DNA of 64,000 nt from Vulcanimicrobiales bacterium (GTDB lineage Bacteria; Vulcanimicrobiota; Vulcanimicrobiia; Vulcanimicrobiales; Vulcanimicrobiaceae): NCBI GenBank assembly GCA_038215615.1, contig JBBQQR010000005.1:32001-96000 (forward strand), given 5' to 3'. The notes beneath the pieces are model-generated. The model made no database searches, was not told the DNA's origin, and saw only the letters and a list, made by a program, of their open reading frames with translations. The translations under genes and the position numbers were made by a program. This document shows, piece by piece, positions 8,912 to 18,871 of the stretch (its first letter is position 1; every line of letters begins with the position of its first letter).

Positions 8912-10666
8912 ATGAGCTCGGAGTTTCATTTTTCACCGCGGCCCAACCGCGCCGGCGAAATTGCCTGGCAGACGTGGGGAGCGGAGGCGTTCGCGCTAGC
9001 CGAGCGCGAGCACAAGCCTATCTTGCTGTCGATTTCCGCAGTCTGGTGCCACTGGTGTCACGTCATGGATGAGACCAGCTATTCCGACCCGCGCGTGATC
9101 GCAGCGATCAACGAACGCTTCGTCCCGGTACGGGTCGACAACGATCGCAGGCCCGACATCAACGCGCGCTACAACCAAGGCGGCTGGCCGACCACGGCGT
9201 TCTTGGCACCGGCCGGCGCCCTGCTCGCGGGCGCCACATACATGCCGCCCGAGCAAATGCTCGGCGCACTCGATCAGATCGCAAATTTCTACAAAGAGCA
9301 TCGCGAACACGTCGAAGAGCGGGCGGTCGAGCTGCGCAAGGAAAGCTCCTCCGAGCGGCCCGCCTCGGGCGAGCTGCGCGAAACCATGATCGCGCGCGTG
9401 CTCGAAGAGATCTCAGACGCCTACGATCCGGAATACGGCGGTTTCGGCAGCGAACCGAAGTTTCCGATGACCGACGTGCTCGACTTTCTGCTGCAAGAGC
9501 ATCGCGCAACCGGCGATCAGCGGCTCTACGACATGCTCGCCAAGACGCTGCTCGCGATGGCCGGCGGTGGTATGTACGATCGCGTCGAGGGCGGATTCTT
9601 CCGTTACTCAACGACACGCGACTGGAGCGTTCCGCATTTCGAAAAAATGACCGAAGATCATGCGGCGCTGCTGCGCATTCTCGCCGAGTTGACGCGGACG
9701 ACGCACAACGAAGCGTTTCGAACGACCCTCGAATCGGCGCTGCGCTACGTACGTACCGTGCTGCGCGATCCGCAGACGGGATTTTTCGCGGGCAGTCAGG
9801 ATGCAGACGAGGAGTACTTCGCGCTTCCACTCGAGGAACGGCGCAAACGCGAAGCGCCCTACATCGATCGCACGTCATACTCGAACTGGACCGCCGCGAT
9901 GGCCGGCGCATTGGCGCTGGCGGCCGCCGCACTCGAAGACGATGGCGTGATGCGCGAAGCGCAAGCGGCGCTCGATGGTTTGCACGAGCGCATGCGCGAT
10001 GAAAACGGCCTGCTCTACCATTTCCTCCAACCCGGCGGCAACCCGCGAGTGCGCGGACTCCTGACCGATCAGGTCGCCTACCTGCGCGCACTGCTCGACG
10101 CGCACGAATGTTCCGGCGAGCCGCGCTTTCTGGTGCGCGCGCGCGATCTTGCCGCCTCAATCGACGGCGCGTTCGCGACGCCCAACGGCGGGTACTACGA
10201 CCATGCGGGGACGGAAGAGCAGCTCGGTACCTTGGCCGTGCGGCAGCGTCCGCTCGCCGACAACTCGCTGCTGGCTGAGACTTTGCTGCGCCTTGCCGTT
10301 TTAGACGGGAACGATGGAAAGCGCGCGGCCGCCGAGCGCACGCTCCAACTCTATGCATCGAACTATGGAAGCATGCGTATGTTCGCCGCGCCTTTCGCAC
10401 GCGCGTTGCGCCGCTTTTTTGGTGGGATGACCTCCGTGGTGTTAGTTGGGACGCCTGAAACGACAAGCGATTTACGCGAAACCGCCCGTGCGCTGCCCGA
10501 TCCGCTCATTACGGTGGTGACGATCGATCCGTCCGATGCCAACGCTTTAAAAGAGCGCGGAATGGACCCGCATCTCGCTCCGGCCGCTTATTTTTGCCGC
10601 GGAAACATGTGCAGCGCTCCCGCGAGGACGGCGGCGGACCTGCGCGACGCGTTCGAAGTGCGCTAG
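8912..10666 (+). CDS. Thioredoxin-domain protein, YyaL/DUF255 (SPATA20-like)
   Basis: WCHWCHVMD..SY, GGWPTT.FL, GGFG.EPKFP, GGFFRYST..DWSVPHFEKM. Confidence 0.92.
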   Translation: MSSEFHFSPRPNRAGEIAWQTWGAEAFALAEREHKPILLSISAVWCHWCHVMDETSYSDPRVIAAINERFVPVRVDNDRRPDINARYNQGGWPTTAFLAPAGALLAGATYMPPEQMLGALDQIANFYKEHREHVEERAVELRKESSSERPASGELRETMIARVLEEISDAYDPEYGGFGSEPKFPMTDVLDFLLQEHRATGDQRLYDMLAKTLLAMAGGGMYDRVEGGFFRYSTTRDWSVPHFEKMTEDHAALLRILAELTRTTHNEAFRTTLESALRYVRTVLRDPQTGFFAGSQDADEEYFALPLEERRKREAPYIDRTSYSNWTAAMAGALALAAAALEDDGVMREAQAALDGLHERMRDENGLLYHFLQPGGNPRVRGLLTDQVAYLRALLDAHECSGEPRFLVRARDLAASIDGAFATPNGGYYDHAGTEEQLGTLAVRQRPLADNSLLAETLLRLAVLDGNDGKRAAAERTLQLYASNYGSMRMFAAPFARALRRFFGGMTSVVLVGTPETTSDLRETARALPDPLITVVTIDPSDANALKERGMDPHLAPAAYFCRGNMCSAPARTAADLRDAFEVR

Positions 10667-11841
10667 TTTCCCGACCGCAAGAAAACGTCCCAGTACCAAA
10701 CGCCGTACGAACTCGCCCCGCATGAAATCGCGATGAGCGCCTTCACCCAAAGCGGCAAACGGGCGTGGGCGGCTAGCACGATCAGCGCGTAGAGAAACGG
10801 TATGAAATCCAACGCGTGCCGCATCCCATACTGCGCGAATCCGTTAACGTAGTACAGAAATGAGGGCACGGCTACGAGGATCGCCGCTGCCCACAACGCG
10901 AGCACGAACGCGCGCGGTTTGCGAGCCCAAAGTGCAAAGATGAGCGCCGGACTGGTCCACGTCAGCGCGATGCCCGAGTATGACGGACGTATCCACGGAA
11001 ATGCCGCCGAGAAATCCGGGCGTTGCGCGAAGAACGACCAGAGCTCGTAACCCAGATACTGCAAGCGGAAAGGCGAGCCCGTGGGCGAGCCCGCCGAATC
11101 CTGATGGTACCAGTTCGTGTAACCGATGTCGGCGGCCGTTCCCCAACGCGCGAAATTGTACGCCGCATACAGCGCGCCCGCTCCCGCCAGCACGCCGCTG
11201 AAGCCGAGCAAAACGGCGCGCAAGCGCGCGGAACAAAAACGCCAACTTTGCAGCTGCGGATCCGCAGCGATGAGGAGCGCCGCGTACACCGGAATTGCGA
11301 GCACCAAGGAAAAGCGCGAGCCCGCCGCAGCAACCGCCCACAATGCGACCAGCCAGCCTCGCCGCTTTCCTCGCAACTCTACGAGCGCGAGGAGCGTGAA
11401 CGCGGCTGCGCTGACATGTGCGATGAACCAGACGTCGCCGAGCATCGCGCACCATAAGAGATCGGTTCCGGCCAGCAAGAACGCGGTTAACCAAACGTTG
11501 GCCGTTGGGTCCAACCCCAAACGTTCGCCCAATTCCCAAGCGCCGCCGATCGCGATGCCGCAAAGAATCGCCGAGAGGAGCGTTTGATTTGCAGCCGTTC
11601 CAGCAAGCGCAACGTAAGGCAGAAGCAGCAGCGCCGGGACCGGACCTTCGATCACATAGTGCCGCCCGCGATATGCGAGCGCGTCGATGTAATTGCCCGA
11701 CCACGCGATCCACGTGTGACCGTGAAGCAACGCGTCCGCCAGCAGGACATAGTTATTATACGGAGTCGAGCGGAAATGGCCGGCGATCAGCGTGATCAGC
11801 GTCGCCACGATTCCCGCCGTCACGCATCCGCGCGCTTTCAT
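10663..11841 (-). CDS. Polytopic membrane protein, probable GT-C fold glycosyltransferase
   Basis: Multi-TM; luminal loop YNNYVLLADALL..DALAYRGRHY; YNFARWG; QYGMRHALDF. ATGA overlap with the upstream gene. Confidence 0.6.
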   Translation of the reverse strand: MKARGCVTAGIVATLITLIAGHFRSTPYNNYVLLADALLHGHTWIAWSGNYIDALAYRGRHYVIEGPVPALLLLPYVALAGTAANQTLLSAILCGIAIGGAWELGERLGLDPTANVWLTAFLLAGTDLLWCAMLGDVWFIAHVSAAAFTLLALVELRGKRRGWLVALWAVAAAGSRFSLVLAIPVYAALLIAADPQLQSWRFCSARLRAVLLGFSGVLAGAGALYAAYNFARWGTAADIGYTNWYHQDSAGSPTGSPFRLQYLGYELWSFFAQRPDFSAAFPWIRPSYSGIALTWTSPALIFALWARKPRAFVLALWAAAILVAVPSFLYYVNGFAQYGMRHALDFIPFLYALIVLAAHARLPLWVKALIAISCGASSYGVWYWDVFLRSGN

Positions 11842-13295
11842 TGTTTTTCGATCCGGTAGAGATCGGGCGAACCGGGGATGCGAATTAAACGATAGCCCGG
11901 CACCGATCCGAAGACCTGATCCACCACGTACACGGGGCGTCCGGCGCGAATCCACCCGGGAACGCGTCCGGCTTCGTCGCTCAGCCACGCGCTGTCCACT
12001 ATCCGGCGGCCGAGCGAACGATCAACGTACGCTGCATACGCCAGCGCGGTCGAATCGATCCACGGCGCCAGCAGGACGGCGTCATTCGGCGTTGCGCTTT
12101 GCACCGTTCGAATCAGCCCTTCCGCACCGGTCGACTTCGGCTGCTCGAATGTGCCTCGATTGAGAATCAAGAGCGTTACCGCGATCGCCGGCAAGACGAG
12201 CGACGACGGAACTCGCAATTCCGGCATCGCCTTGGCGATTGCGTTCGCCCCATAACCCACGAGTATCGCGGTTACGATGAACGGAATCAGATAATAGCGC
12301 TGGATATCGGCTTCGACCGGATACCCGAAAGCGAACACCGCTGGACATACCGCCGCCAAGAACAGCGCGGCCGCCAGCCACGGGCGGCTGCGCGCGAGCG
12401 CAATTGCGCCCGCCGCCGCGATCAGGATTCCCAGGGCTGTAAACTCACGCCACAGCCACATGAAAAATGGCGGTGCGCCGGTGCGATATGTCTCCGGACT
12501 CAAGGCGGCCAAAAACGCTTTCAGCGCGCCGTAATCCGAGCCGCTCAAGAAACTGCGGAACCCGGCCCACGTCGCCGGATGATTCATATCCCAAAACGCC
12601 TTGCCGGGCGGCTCGCCCAGCGCGAGCGTCGGATCGAGCTGTGCGTGCGTGACGATGGCGCTGCGAATCGGCAGGTACGCGTAGAGCGAGAGACCGATTC
12701 CCAAGAGCAGCAACCCTTGCGCAAACGTGCGCAGGCGCAGCGTTCGCACACGCGCATAGAACGCGACGAGAAGCGCCGGCGCGAGCAGTACGGTCACGGG
12801 ATGGGTTGCGATCGCAAACCCCCAGCAGAGCGTGCCGAGCGCGAACGCCTTCGGTTCGCCGCGCTCGTACCAGCGTACGCAAAAATAAAGCGTCAGCGCC
12901 GCAAACGCCGCAGCCAGCGCGTGGACTTCAGCTCGCGTGCCGCGCGTCCAAGCAATCTCGCCGAAGGCAAACATCCAGCTTGCACCGAGCGCAATCCAGG
13001 GACCGCATTTGAGTTCGCGCAGCGATAAAAAAATCGCCCAGCATGCCGCGCTCATCGCGATCGCGCTGAAGAGTGCGATTCGCCAGGCAACCGTGCCGGC
13101 TGGAAAAAGGTGCGCGAATATCCCCGCGGCTAGTGTGAATGCCGGAAATCCCGTCGGATGCGCGATGCCGAAGATCCACGGCACCACTTGAGATTCACCC
13201 GTGTCCCAGTAGCTCACTGCGCCATCGAGCGACGCGGCGTAGACCGCCAGCGGCACGAGCCACGCGGCCCAAGGCGCTAGACTACGAGCGGTTAA
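11838..13295 (-). CDS. DUF2723 family (TMEM260-like) membrane glycosyltransferase; start uncertain
   Basis: Signature WDTGE...GIAHPTGFP, RAEVHAL, YAYLPIRS. Confidence 0.8.
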   Translation of the reverse strand, partial: LTARSLAPWAAWLVPLAVYAASLDGAVSYWDTGESQVVPWIFGIAHPTGFPAFTLAAGIFAHLFPAGTVAWRIALFSAIAMSAACWAIFLSLRELKCGPWIALGASWMFAFGEIAWTRGTRAEVHALAAAFAALTLYFCVRWYERGEPKAFALGTLCWGFAIATHPVTVLLAPALLVAFYARVRTLRLRTFAQGLLLLGIGLSLYAYLPIRSAIVTHAQLDPTLALGEPPGKAFWDMNHPATWAGFRSFLSGSDYGALKAFLAALSPETYRTGAPPFFMWLWREFTALGILIAAAGAIALARSRPWLAAALFLAAVCPAVFAFGYPVEADIQRYYLIPFIVTAILVGYGANAIAKAMPELRVPSSLVLPAIAVTLLILNRGTFEQPKSTGAEGLIRTVQSATPNDAVLLAPWIDSTALAYAAYVDRSLGRRIVDSAWLSDEAGRVPGWIRAGRPVYVVDQVFGSVPGYRLIRIPGSPDLYRIEKQ

Positions 13296-13963
13296 AATGT
13301 CGGCAAGACCGCCGACGGCAGCGCTCGCGGAGAATGGAACGTCGACTTCGGCAGAGCCGGCGGAAACTGGTAGCCGCTGAACGTGATGCGTTCGCGTGCG
13401 GCCCGTCCGTTCACGGTACCCTGCACGGCAATCGAAAGCGGCACCCAATATTTTCCGGCCGCGGTGAACGCGAGCGTCCCGTCGCCGCGCGCTCCGGCGC
13501 CTGTGCTGTAAAAGCGGATCTCGCGCGGCAAGAACGTTTTTCCGTCGATGGTCAGCGTACGCACGGTAAAAGCGGCTGGCGGCCCGAGTGCGACGGCGCG
13601 GTAGAGGTAGTCGTACCTGCCGTTGGTCACGATCGGCCGAACGAACAGAAAAACGTACCGCGCCGTACGGGGCGCGAGATCGTGCAGCGTGTAACGGTTG
13701 CGGTAACGCGCGATGCGCGTCGTTTTTTGCTTGACGCCGTCAACGACCAGCGTTTCATCGCGCACAAGGCTGCCGCTGCGGTACACGCGATGCATTTGAT
13801 CGATATCTTGCGGACCGGCCTGCGAGACGGCATACAGAAAAACGAGCGTCTGCGGATCTTTGGTCGCGGTCAAACGCGCTTCATAACGCTGCAGCACCAG
13901 CTGCGAATCGAGCAATTTTGGCGCAGTCACCGATGCGGCGAACAGCGCGAGCGCGGCGATCAT
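13292..13963 (-). CDS. Secreted hypothetical protein (beta-rich)
   Basis: Signal-like MIAALALFAASVTA; ATGA overlap with the alaS stop. Confidence 0.7.
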   Translation of the reverse strand: MIAALALFAASVTAPKLLDSQLVLQRYEARLTATKDPQTLVFLYAVSQAGPQDIDQMHRVYRSGSLVRDETLVVDGVKQKTTRIARYRNRYTLHDLAPRTARYVFLFVRPIVTNGRYDYLYRAVALGPPAAFTVRTLTIDGKTFLPREIRFYSTGAGARGDGTLAFTAAGKYWVPLSIAVQGTVNGRAARERITFSGYQFPPALPKSTFHSPRALPSAVLPTF

Positions 13964-16581
13964 GCCGGGAGAACCGCGTCGCGGATCGCCTTGAGCGCAG
14001 CCTCGGCGCCGCCGGGATTTTTTCCGCCGCCCTGCGCTTGGCCCGGCTGTCCGCCGCCGCGCCCGTCGATCAGCGGCGCGGCCAGCTTGACCAGATTGCC
14101 GGCGTGCACGCCGGCTTTCACGAGATCGTCGCTAACGCTGACGAGTAAACTCACCGTCTGGCCATCAATTCCCGCCAATGCGATGGCGCCGCTGCGCACG
14201 CGTTGGCGTATCGCGCTGTTCAAATGCCGCAGCGCTTCGGCGCCTGCGTCGGGCACGACGGCGCCGACAAAGCTGCGGTCGCCCTTGCGTTCGACGCTGT
14301 CGACGTAGCTTTGCGCGTCGGCCGCCGCCAGTTTCGCTTTGAGATCGCCGACCGCGCTCTGTAGTTCCTTGACATCGCTTTGCAGTTTTTCGATGCGGTC
14401 GCCCAACTCGTCGGGGTTGGCCGCCAACGTAGTCGCGAGGTTGCCGACGAGCTCTTGCTGGTGCTGCACGAACTCTTCCGCAGTGCGCGAAACGCACGAC
14501 TCGATGCGCCGGATGCCGCTTCCAATCGAAAATTCGCTCAGGATCAGAAACAAGCCGAGCTCGCCGGTGGAATGGGCATGCGTGCCGCCACAAAACTCGA
14601 CCGACGGTCCGGCGGTCACGACGCGGACCTGCTCGCCATATTTTTCACCGAACATCATGATCGCGCCACTCGCGCGCGCTTCTTCGATCGGCAGCACGCG
14701 CGTCTCCAGCGGCGTGTCGTCGCGGATCATCTCGTTGACGCGGTGCGCGATCTGCCTTTTTTGCGCGGGCTCGAGCGCGCCGTGCGGCCAGCGAAAATCG
14801 AAACGCATCCGGTCGATGCCAACCCACGAACCGGCTTGCGTGACATCGTCGCCCAGCACGTCTTTAAGCGCGCGCTGCAGCAAGTGCGCCGACGTATGGT
14901 GGCGCCTGATCTCGCGCCTCCACTCCGCCGCAACTTCCGTGCGAACTCGATCGCCGACTCGAAGTTCGCCCGAACGAACCGTGCCCGAATGCGAGATCGC
15001 TTCACCGGCGTATTGCGTATCGGCGACTTCAAACGAGGCGCCGTTATCTGAATCCGCCTGATACAACATGCCGCGGTCGCCGATCTGTCCGCCTTTTTCG
15101 GCATAGAACGACGTCCGATCGAGCAGCACGTCACCGCGCTCGCCTTCGAACAGCTCCGCGACCGGTTCGCCGTCTTTGAGCAGCGCCGTGATCGTACCCT
15201 CGTCTTCCAATCCCTCGTAGCCGCTGAACTCGCTCTTGATTGCGGGCAGATCGGCGACGGCCACGGCCGGCCGCTTCGACGCGGCATCGCGGCGCGCGCG
15301 TTCGCGCTGCTCGTTCATGGCTAGTTCGAAGCCGGGCATGTCGACGCTCAAGCCTCGTTCCGCGGCGATCTCGCGCGTCAGTTCGACCGGAAAGCCAAAC
15401 GTGTCGTGCAGTTCGAAGGCCGCTTGTCCCGGCACGACGTTGCTCTTACGGATCTCGGGCTCGTCGAAGAGCGCGGCACTGCGCGCCATCCCGCGTTCGA
15501 GCGTGCGGTCAAAAGTTTGTTCTTCAATGCGCAGCGCATCGGCGATCCGCGCTTGATTCGCCCGCAGCTCGGGATAGCCGGATTCGAGTGACGTCACGAC
15601 GACGGGAACGAGGCCGGTCAAGAAACCGTCGGGATACCCGAGGAGCCGCCCGTTGCGAATGGCGCGGCGGATGAGAAAGCGCAGCACGTAGCCGCGATCG
15701 TTGTTACTCGGATAGACGCCGTCGTTGATCAGGAACGTGACGGCACGAATGTGATCGGCGATGATGTTGCGGCGTTCGAGCTGCTCTTTTTCGGAAAGCG
15801 TGATTTTCCCAACGCGCGGCTGCGCGTCGATGAGGCCGGTGAAGAGATCGGTTTCGTACATCGATCGCTTGCCGTTGGCAATCGCGAGCGTACGGTCAAA
15901 GCCCATCCCGGTGTCGATTTGTTTGCGCGGCAACTCTTCCAGCGCGCCGTCGGTGCCGCGATTGAACTGCTGAAAAACCAGATTCCAGAACTCGACGAAA
16001 CGATCGCCTTTGTTCGGTCCGTTGTCGTCCGGCCCGGCCGCGCATTCCGGGCCGTTATCGTAGAAGAGCTCCGTGCACGGACCGCATGGTCCGGTGGCTC
16101 CCATCGTCCAAAAGTTCTCTTCGTCGAAACGCGTGATCCGTTCGGGCGGAATGCCGAGCTCGTGCCAGATCTTTTCCGCCTCGTCGTCGCCGGTGTGCAC
16201 GGTGATCGCGATGCGCTTGGGATCGAGTTTGAGAACCTTGGTCACAAACTCCCACGCGTAGCCGATCGCCTCGCGTTTGTAGTAGCCGCCGAAACTGAAG
16301 TTGCCGAGCATTTCCATCAGCGTGCCGTGGCGGCCGGTCCGCCCCACGTGTTCGATATCGCTCTTTGCCCCGGCGACGCGCAGACAGCGCTGGACGGTCA
16401 CGACGTTCTCCGCCGGCGGCGGCTCGTCACCTATGAAGGCCGGAACGAATTGCTCCATGCCCGCGATTGTGAACAGCGTCGTCGACATCGCGTCCGGAAT
16501 CAAGCTCGCAGACTGAACGTGCTTGTGCCCTCGCGACGTAAAAAACTCGACGAACGCCGAGCGCAACTCCTGGCTCTTCAT
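13960..16581 (-). CDS. alaS: Alanine--tRNA ligase
   Basis: EMLGNFSFGGYYK, GPCGPCTE, IADHIR, HTSAHLL and EFCGGTH editing motifs, C-Ala GGRGGG-type end. Confidence 0.98.
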   Translation of the reverse strand: MKSQELRSAFVEFFTSRGHKHVQSASLIPDAMSTTLFTIAGMEQFVPAFIGDEPPPAENVVTVQRCLRVAGAKSDIEHVGRTGRHGTLMEMLGNFSFGGYYKREAIGYAWEFVTKVLKLDPKRIAITVHTGDDEAEKIWHELGIPPERITRFDEENFWTMGATGPCGPCTELFYDNGPECAAGPDDNGPNKGDRFVEFWNLVFQQFNRGTDGALEELPRKQIDTGMGFDRTLAIANGKRSMYETDLFTGLIDAQPRVGKITLSEKEQLERRNIIADHIRAVTFLINDGVYPSNNDRGYVLRFLIRRAIRNGRLLGYPDGFLTGLVPVVVTSLESGYPELRANQARIADALRIEEQTFDRTLERGMARSAALFDEPEIRKSNVVPGQAAFELHDTFGFPVELTREIAAERGLSVDMPGFELAMNEQRERARRDAASKRPAVAVADLPAIKSEFSGYEGLEDEGTITALLKDGEPVAELFEGERGDVLLDRTSFYAEKGGQIGDRGMLYQADSDNGASFEVADTQYAGEAISHSGTVRSGELRVGDRVRTEVAAEWRREIRRHHTSAHLLQRALKDVLGDDVTQAGSWVGIDRMRFDFRWPHGALEPAQKRQIAHRVNEMIRDDTPLETRVLPIEEARASGAIMMFGEKYGEQVRVVTAGPSVEFCGGTHAHSTGELGLFLILSEFSIGSGIRRIESCVSRTAEEFVQHQQELVGNLATTLAANPDELGDRIEKLQSDVKELQSAVGDLKAKLAAADAQSYVDSVERKGDRSFVGAVVPDAGAEALRHLNSAIRQRVRSGAIALAGIDGQTVSLLVSVSDDLVKAGVHAGNLVKLAAPLIDGRGGGQPGQAQGGGKNPGGAEAALKAIRDAVLPA

Positions 16582-16620
16582 AAAGATCGGTTCGGTATTG
16601 GCGGGTTTTGGGGCTGGGGC

Positions 16621-17409
16621 CTACTCCTGCAGCACGTGGCGGAGTTTTTCGAGCGCTTTCTGCTGGAGCCGCGAAACGTGCATCTGCGACACGTTCAACC
16701 GCTTTGCGATCTCCGTTTGAGAGATGCTCTCGTAAAAACGCAGGTAGAGAATGACGCGCTCTCGGCCGCTCAGCACTTCGAAAGCGTGCTCCAGGTTGGC
16801 TTTGTCCTCGAGCAGTGCCAGGCCGGCGTCGGTGGTTCCGATGTAATCGGCGAGCGTTTGCGATTTCTTATCGCCGTCGCCCGATAGCTCGGTGTCGAGC
16901 GAGAGCAGGTTGTAGGCTTGTCCGAGCTCTTGAGCTTCCAAGATATCTTCTTCGGTTGCATTCAAATGCTGGGCGAGCTCCGCGACGGTCGGGCTGCGGC
17001 CGACCTTCACCGAGAGTTTCTCGACCGCGCGATTGACCGCAAGATTGAGCTCTTGCAGCCGGCGCGGAACCTTCACCGCCCAGCCCTTGTCGCGGAAGTA
17101 TCGTTTGATTTCGCCGACGATGGTCGGGGTCGCGTAGGTCGTAAACTCGACGCCGCGCTCCAGGTCAAATCGATCGATCGCCTTGAGCAACCCAACGGTT
17201 CCGACTTGGATGAGATCGTCGAGCGCCTCGCCGCGGTTGGCGAATTTCACTGCCAAGTACCGCACCAAATTGAGATGCGCGACGACCAGCTCGCTGCGCA
17301 GCTTGTCGTATTCGGGCGTTCCGGGATGTTTTTTGGCTTCGGCAAAACGCCCGAAAGCTTCGCGCGTCTTGTGCCTATCCCAACGCTCTTCGTCGGAGTG
17401 CGAATGCAC
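16621..17409 (-). CDS. sigB: SigB/SigF/SigG family alternative sigma factor
   Basis: DDLIQVGTVGLLKAIDRFD, YATPTIVGEIKRYFRDKGW.V.VPRRLQE, SQMHVSRL; follows rsbV-rsbW. Confidence 0.92.
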   Translation of the reverse strand: MHSHSDEERWDRHKTREAFGRFAEAKKHPGTPEYDKLRSELVVAHLNLVRYLAVKFANRGEALDDLIQVGTVGLLKAIDRFDLERGVEFTTYATPTIVGEIKRYFRDKGWAVKVPRRLQELNLAVNRAVEKLSVKVGRSPTVAELAQHLNATEEDILEAQELGQAYNLLSLDTELSGDGDKKSQTLADYIGTTDAGLALLEDKANLEHAFEVLSGRERVILYLRFYESISQTEIAKRLNVSQMHVSRLQQKALEKLRHVLQE

Positions 17410-17418
17410 TACAGCACG

Positions 17419-17844
17419 CTAATGGGCGACTTTTTTTGTCATCACGAGATTCGTTCCACCATCGCCAACGTCGTACTCGACATAATCCATGAGGGATCGA
17501 ATCAGGAAGACTCCTAGCCCGCCAACGGTCGGTTCGTCCGTCCGGCGCGAGCGAATTCCCTCGGAACGCGTACCGCTCCCGAAGTCGCGAACGCGAACCG
17601 TCAAGCCTTCGGGTCCGGTCTCGCAAGTGATTTGGATTTGGTCGCTGCCTTCCGCGTGCTGTATGCAGTTGGTGCACGCCTCGGCGACGGCCAGCTTGAC
17701 GTCCTCGATATCTTCAATCGAAAAGTTCAGTCTGTTGGCGACTGCGGCCACCGCCAAACGGGCAACGGCAACCCACTCCGCCTTGCTTGGAATGCGCAGC
17801 TCGACGACACCGAGCGTCCCCGGCTGCGCGACGGGCTGGTTCAA
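17419..17844 (-). CDS. rsbW: Anti-sigma factor Ser/Thr kinase (RsbW/SpoIIAB family)
   Basis: IEDVKLAVAEACTN...H, D.G.G, GGLGVFLIRSLMD. Confidence 0.92.
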   Translation of the reverse strand: MNQPVAQPGTLGVVELRIPSKAEWVAVARLAVAAVANRLNFSIEDIEDVKLAVAEACTNCIQHAEGSDQIQITCETGPEGLTVRVRDFGSGTRSEGIRSRRTDEPTVGGLGVFLIRSLMDYVEYDVGDGGTNLVMTKKVAH

Positions 17845-18185
17845 ACCAGAGCCTGCATCGCCGCATCCTCGTCATCGTATATGCCGAAGATCTTCACCAA
17901 GCCCGTGATGTCGAAGATCTTCTTGATCTGAGGATTCGTGCAAACGAGGTTCACCGTACCGCCGTGTTCGCGGACGCGTTTGAGTCCGCCGATCAGAACG
18001 CCCAAACCGGTCGAATCGATGTAGCGCACTTTCTCCAAGTTGATCACAAGATTGTAGTGACCCTTGTCGATCAGTTCGCCGATGGCATCTTTGACCTTGG
18101 GCGACGTGTAGACGTCGATCTCGCCGTTGAGGTCGACGACGTACGAATCGCCCTTGGATTCCCGAACGTCTACTTTGATATCCAT
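17841..18185 (-). CDS. rsbV: Anti-sigma factor antagonist, STAS (RsbV/SpoIIAA family)
   Basis: GEIDVYT.P, YIDSTGLGVL (phosphorylatable Ser), IFDITGL. Confidence 0.93.
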   Translation of the reverse strand: MDIKVDVRESKGDSYVVDLNGEIDVYTSPKVKDAIGELIDKGHYNLVINLEKVRYIDSTGLGVLIGGLKRVREHGGTVNLVCTNPQIKKIFDITGLVKIFGIYDDEDAAMQALV

Positions 18186-18191
18186 GTGCTC

Positions 18192-18467
18192 CTATGTTTC
18201 CGACGCTTTGGGCGTCACATCGTCATTCATGTTCGAACGTGCCGAATCGACCACGTCCCGTCCGCGCTGATACAGGTCGCGCAAATCTCCCGTGGCATCC
18301 ATCGCGCGATTGCCCGCTTCCCGCGCTTTACCCACGATCATATCGCGCGCATCCTCTTGCAGGATGACATAGGCGAGGATTCCGCCGGCGATCGCACCGG
18401 CCACGAATCCGCCGATGAAGCCGTTTCCGCGCGGCCGCGCGCTACCGTTATTCTGCTGTTCGTTCAC
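18192..18467 (-). CDS. YtxH-like general stress protein
   Basis: GFIGGFVAGAIAGGILA hydrophobic segment plus a helical charged tail; follows a DUF948-like gene. Confidence 0.7.
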   Translation of the reverse strand: MNEQQNNGSARPRGNGFIGGFVAGAIAGGILAYVILQEDARDMIVGKAREAGNRAMDATGDLRDLYQRGRDVVDSARSNMNDDVTPKASET

Positions 18468-18871
18468 GATGGTTCTCCGTTCGAATTGCCGCGCACGATG
18501 CGACGCAGCCCCGCACTAATTCCGCCAAGTGTCGCTCCGACGTTGACGATCGCAGGCGAGATTGCTTCCTGCGTCACTTTGGCGGCGCTGGCAACCGAAC
18601 CGGCGACTTGCTCGAGCGACGAGACCGCTCCCGACAAACGCGCGATCGTGCGATCCGCGGTGTCGGCGATGCCGCCGACGTGCGTCAGCGTTTCGGCGAC
18701 CGGTTTCCCGAGCGCGGCCATCTGCTCGTCGACGCCGTCGAGCGTCCGGTTGACCCGGCGCAACGTGCGCGCCAAACTCAGCATCGCGAGAAAGATGCCC
18801 AGCCCCGCTAGAAATGCGCCCAGCCCTCCCGCAACATCGAGAAAGGCGGCCCAACTAAAGCCCGTATTCAA
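18464..18871 (-). CDS. DUF948 / YtxG-like protein
   Basis: GGAGG SD, TTG start at 18871; N-terminal TM then coiled coil (TLRRVNRTLDGVD). Confidence 0.7.
   Translation of the reverse strand: MNTGFSWAAFLDVAGGLGAFLAGLGIFLAMLSLARTLRRVNRTLDGVDEQMAALGKPVAETLTHVGGIADTADRTIARLSGAVSSLEQVAGSVASAAKVTQEAISPAIVNVGATLGGISAGLRRIVRGNSNGEPS

Noticed and set aside
16582..16620. T-box leaders before alaS, hisS or aspS
   Set aside because: Intergenic gaps are far too short and no T-box consensus is seen.
16621..18185. Sporulation spoIIAA-AB-sigF operon
   Set aside because: Motifs (GEIDVYT, DSTGLG, SQMHVSRL) and the ytxG/H-like neighbours fit RsbV/RsbW/SigB better; no other sporulation genes are in the window.
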